Assembly: GCF_964355755.1 (NCBI RefSeq)
Contig: NC_092674.1
Span: forward strand, 14,756,001-14,820,000
DNA length: 64,000 nt
Direction: 5' to 3'
From: Antedon mediterranea
Taxonomy: Eukaryota > Animalia > Echinodermata
Both the position numbers and the translations under genes were made by a program. Under the pieces are notes generated by a model. It was not told the DNA's origin and did not search any database. It was given only the letters and a program-made list of their open reading frames with translations. Positions 10,943 through 22,964 of the stretch are shown piece after piece (the stretch's first letter is position 1; the number at the start of each line of letters is the position of its first letter).

Positions 10943-12970
10943 TAAAGAGATTGCTAGTCTCTTGGTTTAGTTACTTAACTACGATAAAAGACTACAACGT
11001 AAAGTACTCACCATTATACTAGTCTTTAGCTGTATGATAATATGAGTGAGTAATAATATAGTTTACGTCTGGGTTCCGTCTCTGACTTATCCAAGTGCCC
11101 TCAACGTAGTTGACGTTCCAAGGCATACGCACGGCGGAGCGCGTCCAGGTGTTTAGAACGACGCGCTCCACTTAAGCATGTGTAGCGGCACTACATTCCT
11201 CCATGTTTTATTTTTTTGTCTTCCCCTTGTTCTTCTACACACATTGCTCTTCCTTTCTTTCCTTCCACTTCATTTTTCTTTTTTTTTTTTTTTTTTTAAA
11301 CAACAATAACACATAACATACAATTCAAGAAAAAGAAACTACCTGAAAGAACCTGATAAGAATTTTGTAAAAATGAACTAATTGGAAAAATTACTTTCTA
11401 AACAAAATTTTCATTAATTTGGTCTTGGAATTTTTTTGGGGGGATTTATTCATAGGCAAAGCGGAGATTTTCCAAGAATTCCACCATGCATCCGAACTGC
11501 CGCCGCTGACCACTTCCCAGCTGAGCCAAACGCTCCACCACCTCCCGATTGGCATTGAATGAGCATAAAACAGAGCCGTGGGTGGATGGATGTTTTCCAC
11601 ATTTGGCTGCTGCCACTGTGCTTGACATGGTGATGGTCCGGCCTGCACTTGACGTGGTTTAGAAAATCGACAGCGTCTGGGCTCCACCGAGGTAGGCCTG
11701 CCATACCTCTGGCACAGCTCCACGAATGTCCTTTTATTATCACTAGTGGCTCTCGCCACCAGGAAAAGAAGACACCGAGTGTGGAGTAGACCCAGCGGTG
11801 ATGCTAACGGCCCATCGACTCCATCATCCTTCTTAGTGACTTTGTAAAGAAGAATCCAGGTTGGATTCTCCCCTCAGCGTTGAAGAGTGCCACCGTTTTG
11901 GTAACACTCTCGTCGCACTCTGGAACGAGTTTTACCAACTCCTGGATGAAACTCCAGCATCGAGATGAGGTGGTCGACGAAACCTCCGGCGCTGTCTCTG
12001 TCATATGTGGTGCGCCAGGTGTTGCTTTGGGTTTTCGGGCACTCGGCCACATCCTGCCACTGGGCACAGGGATGCCTGACGTGACTGCTTACCTGATTCC
12101 CTCTGACCGGCTTCAGGATGAGGTCTTTTGTTGGTGTCTTTTGACCGTTTGTCGGCCTTTTCCTGATGTTTTTCTTTTGGTACCGCCCCAGCACTAGTAG
12201 GAGCAGCACTGGTCGCTGTACCAATGAGACAGACGCCATAAACCTTCACCATTATTTCCTCTTTGGACGTACTCATTCGTATTGTCCTCATTACCGCGAT
12301 CTCGATCATTGTAATCGAAACCTCGAAAATCAGTCCGAACTTTACCGACATCGTCCGAGTAGCGTCTATAGCGATTACCGTTGATGTACCCCCCATGGCA
12401 GCATTCCCATTCCACGACCCCGTCGTTGGAACTCTCGATCTCTTGCGTCCCCTTGACGATTTATTGATTGCCAAGGAACTTGACCGCGTTCCATAGGCAC
12501 ACACCTATTAGACTCGCCGCCAGCTCGTTCGTCGAAACACATGCCATCGCCCGGATAATGAGAGTCGCAATTTCGGATATCCCCGTTAGGAGTATCGTAG
12601 TTATAATAGGAATTACATAGCCTGTCCGTCGTGGTTACATTTGATACAGAGTTAACGTTAACGCACATCCAGATTTCATATTTTGGCAGAAAAATATCGC
12701 GTTTAATTTTAATCCTTGTCGCCAATAAAGAGATTGCTAGTCTCTTGGTTTAGTTACTTAACTACGATAAAAGACTACAACGTAAAGTACTCACCATTAT
12801 AATAGTCTTTAGCTGTATGATAATATGAGTGAGTAATAATATAGTTTACGTCTGGGTTCCGTCTCTGACTTATTTAAGTGTCCTCAACGTAGTTGACGTT
12901 CCAATAAATATGCACGGCGGAGCGCGTCAAGAACAATGCGCTCCGCTTTAGTATGTGTAGCGGCACTACA
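10943..12970 (-). mobile_element. Non-autonomous LTR retrotransposon (Gypsy-like cis signals, no pol)
   Basis: LTRs at 10943-11195 and 12726-12970 (TG...TA on minus). TSD CTTA at 10939-10942 and 12971-12974. PBS-like TTGGCGACAAGG follows the 5' LTR and purine tract GGAGGAA precedes the 3' LTR. Confidence 0.92.
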
Positions 12971-12973
12971 CTT

Positions 12974-13043
12974 AGTTGCTTCTTCCGGGTAACGCAGACA
13001 CTCATTGTACAATGAGTGTCTGCGTTACTCGGAAGAAGCAACT
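12974..13043. repeat. 70-bp near-perfect palindrome
   Basis: AGTTGCTTCTTCCGGGTAACGCAGACACTCATTGT|ACAATGAGTGTCTGCGTTACTCGGAAGAAGCAACT, one mismatch. Confidence 0.95.
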
Positions 13044-13354
13044 GTTATTGGATGTGCAATTATAGGATAGTAGTCAATGGTGGTTAATCTTGAAGGCTTG
13101 TCTCCTATTTCAAATATAGTGTACTATTTATGTATGATGTGAATAAAGTTGGTATTATTATTATTATTATTATTAAGGAAATGTATCCTCCCCATCCTGA
13201 AACAGTTAGACCTGTTTTAACAGCATGAACTTGTATGAGTACCCAAAGAAGATTTCTGTTTATTGCCTCCATATCATAAGTAGGTTTTATTTTAGCACAT
13301 ACATATATCCTGGGTTTTTGCGCTTTGAAATATAACAATCAGGAAGTGTATCAG

Positions 13355-13482
13355 CAGGAGCCTGGCTTGAACGTTTACCTCTGGTGTGTAAACCATTAGG
13401 AGCCTGGATTGAACGTTTACCTCTGGTGTGTAAACCATTAGGAGCCTGGCTTGAACGTTTACCTCTGGTGTGTAAGCCATTT
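13355..13482. repeat. 42-bp tandem repeat x3
   Basis: AGGAGCCTGGCTTGAACGTTTACCTCTGGTGTGTAAACCATT repeated. Confidence 0.95.
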
Positions 13483-14134
13483 TAGTAGAAGCAATGCCCA
13501 AAAAGTGGCTTATTTAAGGAGTTAGTGAAATTTATAATTCCCAGCAATGTTTTAACTGTATATATGAACTGTTTTATAAGTTGTTTTGTGACTGTGTAAT
13601 TTGGTAGTAGTCACTCTCATACTGTAGGCCTACATTTAAAAGTAACACATCCAAATGCCAACTTCAAGTCAATGGCTACCAGATGTCTCTGTGAGACGGT
13701 TATTTGAACCAGTACCAGTACCAGTACCAGTGCAACCGGCAAATTAACAAGCTGAATTATATATCAAAATGTTTATAATTTTATAGGCTTTCAGAAACTG
13801 CATGATGACACTTTCAAAACTGCTGCCATTTTTTATTACAACCCTTTAAAGACAACTCACTTTTTATTCTATGAAAAAAATCCACAAGTAGTTTTAAAAA
13901 GTTTTTGTAACTTATCATTATAAAATGGGGAAAATATGAATTTTATTTTTTCCGGTTGTAGATTTTTATATCTTCACTTCTATTTCATGATAGGTTTTCT
14001 TGTGAAATTTTGCTTAAACTTCAAATATTATGAGAAAAAAATAAAAGAACCTGCTATTCAATATTCTCTAGGTTTTTAACTACAATCTGTAAAGTAGTAT
14101 TAATAACTTAATAAATCATATAGCATCATAGTAG

Positions 14135-15328
14135 ACCTGGTGGTTTTACATTTAGATAAGAAGGGGGCCTATGCTCGAGAGCTATTCATAGACTTTTCAT
14201 CTGCATTTAATTTGATGCAGCCTCATATTTTAATGAATAAAATGTCTGAATTGAAGGTTAATCCTTACGTTGCTTTATGGGTTGGTGATTTTCTTACAAA
14301 TCGGCTACAGTATGTTAAAGTTGGTAAATCTATCTCAGAGATTAGAAAGATCAACACTGGTGCACCCCAGGGGTGTTGTCTGTCATCAAGTTTATTTACA
14401 ATATATACTAGTGAATGTCGATCTTCATGTAGCATGTGTCATATAATCAAATACGCAGATGACATGGTACTTATTGGTCTACTGAAAAATGCTGACGATC
14501 ATGTGTAAAGGCTGAATATGTTAAATTAATGTCATGGTGCAATGACAATTACCTTAAGATTAATTTTAATAAAACTAAAGATATTATATGGGATTTTAGG
14601 AAAAAGAAAAATGAAAAAAGTTATCTGACAGTTAATGATCAGACAATTGAACGTGTTCATGAAACCAAATATCTTGGTACACATATTGATGATCAACTTA
14701 GTTTTGAAAAAAATACGGCCGAGATAATTAAGAAAGGTCACCAAGGGTTATATTTCCTAAGAAAGCTAAATAAATTTAATGTTAGCTGTGGTACTTTAAA
14801 ATTATTCTATGAAACAGTTATTCAATCAGTACTTTTATTGCTTGGTTCGGTAATTTAAATGAAACACACAAGAAAGGTCTCATTAGAATTACTAAGATAG
14901 CATCAAATATAATGGGTTGTACGGTTAATGATTTAAAATATCTTTATGAAAAACAGGTCCTAAGTAAATTAAGTAAAATTTTAGAAGATAAGAAACATCC
15001 ATTACATATGAGATTGTATAAAAACAAGTCAGGCCGGTTACGGGCTCCTAGAGCTGATACGTCAAGAAACCGACTGTCTTTTGTACCAAATTCAACTCAT
15101 ATTTTTAACTCAAAGATTGTTAGATCATAATAGCGCACATGCAATATATATTTTAAAGTTTTACTGTTGATGGATGTTTTAATTAATGTTTTTAAATTGT
15201 AAATTTGTTCTATGTATGATGTAATTATGAATGTTTTACCATATTTTTCTGCCGAGGAAAATAATTTTTCCATGTACAATTTAGTATATATGGAACGAAT
15301 AAGATTTGATTTGATTTGATTTGATTTT
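14135..15328 (+). mobile_element. 5'-truncated LINE (Rex1/Babar-like RT) with (GATTT)n tail
   Basis: LFIDFSSAFN...NTGAPQGCCLS...IIKYADD...WCNDNYLKIN...KYLGTHID. AATAA + (GATTT)n at 15297-15327. Confidence 0.88.
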
Positions 15329-16241
15329 GAGTAGCTTCTCAAAACAATGATTCTAGCATTACTATGTGTGTTTGCTGTGTTTTTGTAGGGACCACTTTTT
15401 CTAGGCCCACTTGCTTTTCTGCTGAATTTGCTGCTGCTGCATAGTCAGGTCTCCCTAACAACAAACAACATTTGTATATTTTAAGCTAAAAATTACTGCT
15501 CTAACAGAGGTGAGTTTAAATAAGTTATTATACACTATTAATTTATTACTAGCGTTATCATTTTATGGTATTACTATTATTATTAATATTACTATTATTA
15601 TTAATATTAAATTGTTGTTATTATTATTGTTTTTATTATTATTTTTTGTTTTGTTTAGATTAAACCTTAGGACAACCAATTTAGATAGCTATAGAACATG
15701 CCTAGCTTTAGGAATGTAGGAACTTAAAAAATGTCATTAGTCGACAAGAGGACAAAGGACCAACTGCCCATAAAGTACCACCGTTATGTGGTCCAAAAGT
15801 ACAGATAGGCAAATCCAAGGAATATGATAAGAACCGTATTGTAGAGAATGAAGAAGCCACATTACGCAGTACTAGGTAAACAACAACCAATGAAGCTAAT
15901 TTTTATTGGCTTAATTACTGTTTTATATGTGGAGAACGATGTTCTATAAAACATCAACCGGGATGGTCGATGTTGGTTGGTTCAAAGGGTGAATCAAATA
16001 TGTACACTAAAGGCAGGCATACACAGTCATACATTTGTCTGTCATACACATCATACAATGTATGATCAGACAAAATCTGATTGTGTATGTGTGTGTTTAT
16101 GTGTCTGTCAGTGTCTGATGAGAGTAGAACAATGCTCTACTCATAATACATGTATTATGAAAGTCTGAAGACAATATTCACTATTGACCAATCAGAGCAC
16201 AGAGATTTTGATAGACTATTATTTATTTTTGCAAGATCAAG

Positions 16242-18806
16242 ATGGTTGAGCACGAGGATTTTATTGACACTGACAATTTAATTGATCTCTTTGAAGAGAA
16301 TCCATGTTTATGGGATGTCAAATCCCATATCACAATAAAACTCTCAAGACGGCAACCTACAGTAAAATTGCTGAACGGTTGGAATCAGAAGGTATGTTTA
16401 AAGCTAGGCCTATACTATATAGGCCTAGGCTAGAACTAAATTTTAAAGCCTGTCAGAAGTTCTTCAGTCCACTTAAAACTCAAAAGCAAACGAAACCCAA
16501 GTGTAAGGCTATCCGGGGGCTATCCTAGCCTTGGCCAAAATGCTTATTGTTCTTACCCAATTCAGCCAATATTATTTTTATAAAAATCAGTAGGCCTAGG
16601 CCATGGTGGGTCAAATTAGATCTTTTTTTTTTAATGTTTACTACAACTAGGCCTAGTAGGGACCTAGCCTAGCTAGGCAGTCCTAGCTAGGCCTATATTA
16701 GGCTATAATTTAAATATCATGTCATCCATAAATCATCATAATAATAGTATTTAATAATATATGGTCTAGCTAGGCCTCTACTAGTTAAAGGTAGAGAAGG
16801 CCTACTACTAGTAGTAGGCCAAGACTAGGCCTAGCTTAGTGAGTAATGCACTTTTCAATTGTATGACCCACTATACGACCCCCGGGAGAGGTGCGTCATT
16901 TGTCCGATGTGCGTCAAAAAGGTGACTTACCTTTAGGTGACCATGACGCACCCATTTTGACGCACTGTGACCATGTTGTTTATGATATGGTGGGTGGTAA
17001 AGTGACGGACATTGACACACCTTGTTCATTGATGTGACGTACCATCTAGGTTTTTTGACGCACCCCTGTGTCAGTAATTATTTGTAAATGACGCACCCAT
17101 GACGCACAATTGACAAGTGCATAAATTATAGGAGAAGTAAAAAACAAATTTAACAAAACAAACTATTATTTTTACTATTTGTATAGGCAATATCTTTATT
17201 TTACTTCTAATGTTTTGCCTAAATATTTATACTGTAATATTTAAAAAAAACTCTAGTACTGTATTACTAAATGCAATTTATACAGTATTTAACAATAAGT
17301 CTACATACAATGTAATAATGTATACATTGCATATTCAGTTTAAAGTATTGAAATCATAAAAAATCATTGTTATTTAAGTAATAATCATTACTTATTTACA
17401 GTATTTGACATCAAAATTATATAAATTGTTTTTAAATTTTAGTGGACCTAATTAGCCTGTCCTCAAGAAAAACAATTTGTAATATGGAGGTAAGCTATTG
17501 AGTAATATATAACAGGATCCGTTTATCTTAAAATTATAGCCTAATGTCGCCACACATATAGCATCTATATCATTTGCCACTGCCATGGTATATGACCCTC
17601 TGAGTTGAAGTAATTGCAGAATCTGTCTCCGACATCTTTGATATCGTTGCTGTAAAAGTTGCTACCCTGTGGAGCCAAAGGTATCATTTCTCCTGCTTTA
17701 GGCTCCTGTCGCCATTGCCCTTCATGCACCTCATGCGTTATCCTGTCCTCCACATCTGTATAGCCATATGGTGTATAAACGTTTCTATTAGCACTTTGAC
17801 CCCTCAGGAGGTTGTGAAGCGCACAGGCTGCCAGCACAATCTTCTCAACAGATTCTGGTTGTAGATTAACTGGCTTGAGAAAGATTCTGAAACGATTACA
17901 CAGAATTCCAAAAGCATTCTCCTCAATTCTTCGTGCCCTGCTCAAGCGATAATTGAATATCCGCTTTTCTTCAGTAAGGGCCTCTTGAGCTGTAGGGTTT
18001 CATCAGGTACTTCTTTAATGGGAATGCTTCTGCAACCACAACATATGGCATAGATATACCATCTTCAAAGAGAGGTCTGGCTTCAGGGATATTCAGCAGA
18101 TTTTTATCTAAAGCATGTGAAAACGTTTAATTTTTGTACACACCCCATCAGAAACTCTTCCATTGCACCCAACATCAATATAAGAAAACTTATAATCTGC
18201 ATCTACCAATGCAAGTAAAACAATGCTGAAGCTGTTCTTGTAGTTGAAATAGTAAGAACCACTATTATTCGGCGCAGATACTACAACATGCTTGCCATCC
18301 AAAGCCCCAATGCAATTATCAAAATTCCAGCGCGTCACAAACTCATGACTTATCTTTTGCCACTCATCTTCTGTATTTGGGACCTGCAAGATTAACGAAG
18401 TAAAACTTTATAGCCATATTTTAACTCATATAATAATATCTATTTTTTAGACACCACTTGAAGATGCTGATTGTATGCTTGAGGACATGGAGGAAGAATC
18501 AGCAACAGAAGATAAAGAAAATATTGATATTGCAGAAATATCATTCTCTACAAAGCGACCCTTAAAAAATCAAAATTAAACAAAAAAAGTGAGGTTGATG
18601 AGCAGAAGCTTCTGGAAAAGGCCATCACTTGCTTGGATATGGCTACAAACAAACCGGCTGCAAAAGATGATCCAGATATAAATTATGCAAATTACATTGT
18701 AGATGAACTGAAAGCGATCCAAAACTAAAATTAATCACCAAACACAAAATAAATTGCCTTTTGTTTGAAGCTCAAAATGATTCACTTACTATGGACATTT
18801 TGTAAA
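16242..18806 (+). pseudogene. MADF (Myb/SANT-like) accessory gene with BESS-like C-terminus; exons ~16242-16391, 17443-17489, 18451-18806
   Basis: LIDLFEENPCLWDVKS/YHNK...YSKIAERL; SRKTICNME before a GT donor; DDPDINYANYIVDELK...KHKINCLLFEAQ after a TTTTTAG acceptor. Frameshifted. Confidence 0.75.
16855..17120. repeat. Cluster of TGACGCAC/GTGCGTCA motifs, likely a MITE remnant
   Basis: About seven copies of TGACGCAC in both orientations. Confidence 0.5.
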
Positions 18807-19629
18807 TAAGTTTTTAATTAATCAATCAATATATATCTCACCTTAAGATACTTGTCTGCTAAAACGTCATAAATTTTACCAATCGTCTGGGCAGGAATTC
18901 TGTATGAATCTCCCATAAGAAAAACAGTTTTACAACCTTTATTAAAGTTTCAATCCAGTACCAATGTGGGCAAAATTTGAGTAATTTTCATGCTTGAGAA
19001 AATAAATATTTCCACTGTACAAATTTAATCTTTAATATACTTTAAAACATAATAAATATAATATAAAATTAACTAAAATCTAAAAAAATGTCAGATTATA
19101 ATGATCCCTGGTGATTATCGACTGGTAATATAATATATTGTAGTTAAGTAGTAAATGTAATATTAATATCATACTCAATTGATTAATAAATATTGAGTGC
19201 AATGTTGGCATTGATTGTATTGACTTTTACTAGTCTGTATAGGCCTAGAACTCAAGTAGTAGTACTTACTAGGCCTAGTAATCAATTAGTTAATTTATAT
19301 AAAGTGATTCAACAACAAAAATAACTAACCGGTTGCCAAGAATCTTAGAGTAACATTTGATCTTTCCTTATGATGAATTGCCTCTCTCATCGTAGTGTTT
19401 TGCTTGCTTATCAATGGAGCCACTAAATTTGCAAGCTCATCAAAGGTGGCCTTATCCATGCGCAGGAAGTTTTTAAAATCGTTTTGATTTTCTAAACACA
19501 ATTCTTTAACTAAAGTATGGTAAGCGCCTAAATGTTGCCTCCTGGCAATCCATGTCCGCACCCATACGTTGCGTTTCCGCCGTCTTTGTTTTCTTTGTTT
19601 TCGTAAAATTAAAGAAATTATGAGGCCAC
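17565..19629 (-). pseudogene. Harbinger transposase, element 2, intron-containing
   Basis: NVWVRTW...FKNFLRM...TLRFLATG; WNFDNCIGALDGKHV...YFNYKNSFSIVLLALVDADYKF; RARRIEENAFGILCNRFRIF...LHNLL. Confidence 0.92.
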
Positions 19630-21106
19630 TGTCACAAGTGATTTAATTTTTGTTCCATTGTACCGTATGAGGGGGGTCATTCATGCGTAGCGGCCTCTTA
19701 TTGGATGATGGGTTGGTATATAAAGTGTGTGCGGGAATGGGGCGAAGTGGAAACAAGGAGTTGGGAGTAAGCTGAGTGTGGCATTTCTTGATTGGGTGTG
19801 GCAAACTACTATTGTTGTATTGATAAGTTGCCAAGCGGAGAAAATAAAGAAAACCACAAAGTAAGAGATATAGATATTTGATGCACACTTCAGCGATATT
19901 GTAGTCGTGTAATAAATAACTCCTTAATTTCTAATCTGAGGTCTCTTTTTACGACTGTTAATTGAGTGGTAGGCTACATTGAAGAACGGATTGACTAATT
20001 GAATTTATAACTAAAGGAATCTGGCAACCAGAACACTTGTGAGTACAGAATAGTAACGATATTGGAATTGAACGAGACGGAAAGGAAAAACTTACTACTA
20101 GTACGACACACCATTGTTAAAGAAAGACGTTAAAGAAATAATGATTGGAATGTTATATACAACGGCTACTGGTGTGTGAAATAGCCACCTGATTGGAACT
20201 TACATGGCATTATCAACGTGTAAACTTATTGTAATTATATATATATGGAATAGATAGATGAATTATGAAATAACAAATATTATATGTGTGGAAAAGAATA
20301 GAATAGTATATGAATTTAAGAAATATTGTGAAACAACTTATTGTAATTATATATATGGAATAGATAGATGAATTATGAAATAACGAATATTATTATGTGT
20401 GGAAAAGAATAGAATAATGTACGAACTTAAGAAATAGTGTGAAACAAAGTTTTGTTATTATAAATATGGAATAGATACTGAATTATGAATTAACGAGTAT
20501 TATATAATTATGTGAAAAAGAAACGAACATAAATAAGACAAATTGATAAAATTAGTGGCTAAAATATATTAGAAGATGAATGATTTATAATCGAAGGATA
20601 TAAGACGAGCTAGAGAAAGTGTTGTATTAATTGGATCATAGAGAATGGGGATAGTAATTTAAGAGGGTAATTCGAGATTTATATGATGAAATTAATTGAA
20701 TAATATTGTAAAGTGTAACGATGATGCAAGTATACGTATAGCGGAATTAGGGTAGAGTGTATTTGGATTAGAAGTAATTATTTATTTATTGTTGTATTCA
20801 TTTATTTGTTTATTGTATTTAATTGGGTTTTGAGTATTAGGAAAGGGGTAAAGGCCATCTCTAGAGATAATTGAGGGAGTAAAAGGAACTTGTAAGATAT
20901 TTATTTATGTGTTTATTGTTAACGGGTATTTATTTATTAGATGTTATTGAATGGTTAAATGTGAAACTTCATATGAATGCTCGTTTCAGCCTGAGGTATA
21001 AATGTTTAAAAGAAAAGGGAAAAAAAATAATTAAAATAACGATAGAAGCTCTTGAAGTAATTTGTAATTGTTTTCTGTATAACTAAATTGGCAAGGTTTC
21101 GTGACA
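19630..21106 (+). mobile_element. Solo-LTR-like insertion (TG...CA) in Harbinger 2 exon 1
   Basis: Termini TGTCAC...GTGACA, 5-bp TSD GCCAC (19625-19629 and 21107-21111). TATA ~19717, AATAAA ~19911, internal ~110-bp tandem repeats at 20225-20500. Removal rejoins HLAACGLIISLILRK. Confidence 0.82.
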
Positions 21107-21199
21107 GCCACAAGCAGCCAGATGTTGATGTGTGTGTATGTGACAATGTATGATGACAGACAAATGTAGGTGTTTAATGCTGCTTTAAGACATCAAGAT

Positions 21200-22275
21200 C
21201 ACAACATGGTGTTGAGACTAAGTGGCGTACCAAATCAAGATTTGGTTACTGTCAAGGCCCGGTATCACTGAAAAAAAAATTGTTTTGTACGTTATGTCAA
21301 TCAAAGAAGTAATATCTCGCATACTATAACACCAAATGAAGAGAATGTTCATGAGAAAGCAGTGATCATGTTGATAGATGAATTTCGACATCAAATTGAA
21401 GACAAACAAGTGTTTCTTTTATCGAATCTACGAGACCGTTTACATCAGCTTCTACGTTTAAGTGGTTACACAAATCCAGATGCTTATACTTCACAAAAAC
21501 TTAAACGTCAGGAGAAGTATTACAGAAAGCTACAAAACTTATGAAACGTCTAAATGACAGTAGGCCTACTAATGCCAATTCATCACCTGAAAACCATCCA
21601 TTTGAACACAGCGAAAGACGTTTTGTACATGAAGCTGTAGGTATTCTTCGAAAAAGAATTTCACGAATGAAGCGTGCAGATGACAATACATACTTTTTAG
21701 TTCAAGAAATGTCACTGAAAAAGATGAAAGAGTATGTAGACCCATTGTTACATTTGATCAGTATCTTGATAGCAGCATTAAGAACCAGACACGTGGAAAG
21801 AGAGGTAACAACTTTGGAGCTGCATACCATATTAAGTTAGACATTGCAATTCCAAACTGGAAGCGCTTTCTTAGCAACAGCAAGAACAAGGCAAGTTTAG
21901 CATTCATGTACACAAATTATATGGCTGACAATGCACCTGCCATACTTGGTAACCAGTTGATGTATGTAAGTGGTGGAGATGAACAAAATGCCATCAGAAT
22001 TTCATCTAGAATTCCAACTGTGTCTAACGAACAAATCCTCAAATCAAACCATGAAGAGACTGATACCAGGATGATATTTCATGCCGTTACTGCTGCTAAC
22101 AGAGGAGCAGACAGCATCATTGTATGTAGTCCAGACACTGATGTGCTTGTGTTGTTAGTACACCATCGACCAGCAATTCATGCCTCAAAGATATACCTAC
22201 TTACTGGTAGAGTCGGGAAAAACTCAAAGTCAACAAGATATATTCCAGTACATGAAATATACAACAAACTGAACA
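21200..22275 (+). pseudogene. Academ-type transposase fragments including the XPG/PIN-like nuclease region
   Basis: NWKRFLSNSKNKASL...SNHEETDTRMIFHA...IIVCSPDTDVLVLL...RYIPVHEI. Confidence 0.75.
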
Positions 22276-22480
22276 CAATCCATAACCATAACCATAACTT
22301 ATATAAAATAAAGATGAGAGTTACTAAAGACAACACAACTAATGTTTTAAAAAAAAGCTATACTCCGTACTAAGTGTACTGTACCTACTGATCTTTCATT
22401 AAAAAAAAAATGTTTTAGTGATGAATTATATAACTTATTGAGGACTACATGTATTTACAAATAGGAAAATATAGTATATA

Positions 22481-22957
22481 GTTTAGAATTAATGTTCATT
22501 GCCTGATGTGTTTATATATAGCAGGCGGTCCGAGTTCGAGTCTCGGTTGGGGCGACTTTTTCTCATTCTCACAGATTTCCTCATCTTTATCGTTTCAAAT
22601 TAATTAATAAAATTTCAGTATATCACCGGGCGGTTTAGAATTAATGTTCTTTGCCTGCTGTGTTTATATATATATAAACACAGCAGGCAAAGAACATTAA
22701 TTCTAAACTGCCCGGACCGCCTGCTTGATATGCAGATGTCCTAACCATTAGACCACTGGGGCTTTCATGGTATTGTTCGAACTCGATTGGATAGCGACTC
22801 CTTAACATACTCTCGGCGTGGTACGGCGGAACTGCACTGGTCTAATGGTTAGGACATCTGCATATCAAGCAGGCGGTCCGAGTTCGAGTCTCGGTTGGGG
22901 CAACTTTTTCTCATTCTCACAGATTTCCTCATCTTTATCGTTTCAATATATAAACAC
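22481..22957. repeat. Mirrored cluster of a tRNA-containing repeat around a (TA)n tract
   Basis: Three partial tRNA-like copies (22521-22552 +, 22713-22762 -, 22838-22902 +), shared downstream tails, and a palindrome at ~22627-22714 centred on TATATA. Confidence 0.85.
22838..22902 (+). tRNA. tRNA-like pseudogene, anticodon ATC (Asp-like), lacking the 5' acceptor strand
   Basis: A box TGGTCTAATGG; anticodon arm TCTGC-ATATCAA-GCAGG; T arm CCGAG-TTCGAGT-CTCGG; followed by TTTTT. The 5' acceptor strand GCCCCAG is present in the minus copy. Confidence 0.7.
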
Positions 22958-22964
22958 ATGATTA

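Larger units (their letters stand above)
9700..13345 (-). pseudogene. Academ-type transposase remnant, interrupted by an LTR element and a microsatellite
   Basis: TIDYYPII...ECLRYPEEATKEVGKQ (rejoined across the insertion), FDLGVCMKAYPLIW, LSGQNYSRAISCHEILTEAL, GLNYARYL...GAFSVARS...VDKTIEE. Confidence 0.75.
16011..21185. mobile_element. PIF/Harbinger element 2 (transposase on -, MADF gene on +)
   Basis: Degenerate TIRs sharing ACATTTGTCTGTCAT, flanked by TAA (16008-16010 and 21186-21188). Both Harbinger genes lie inside. Confidence 0.75.
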
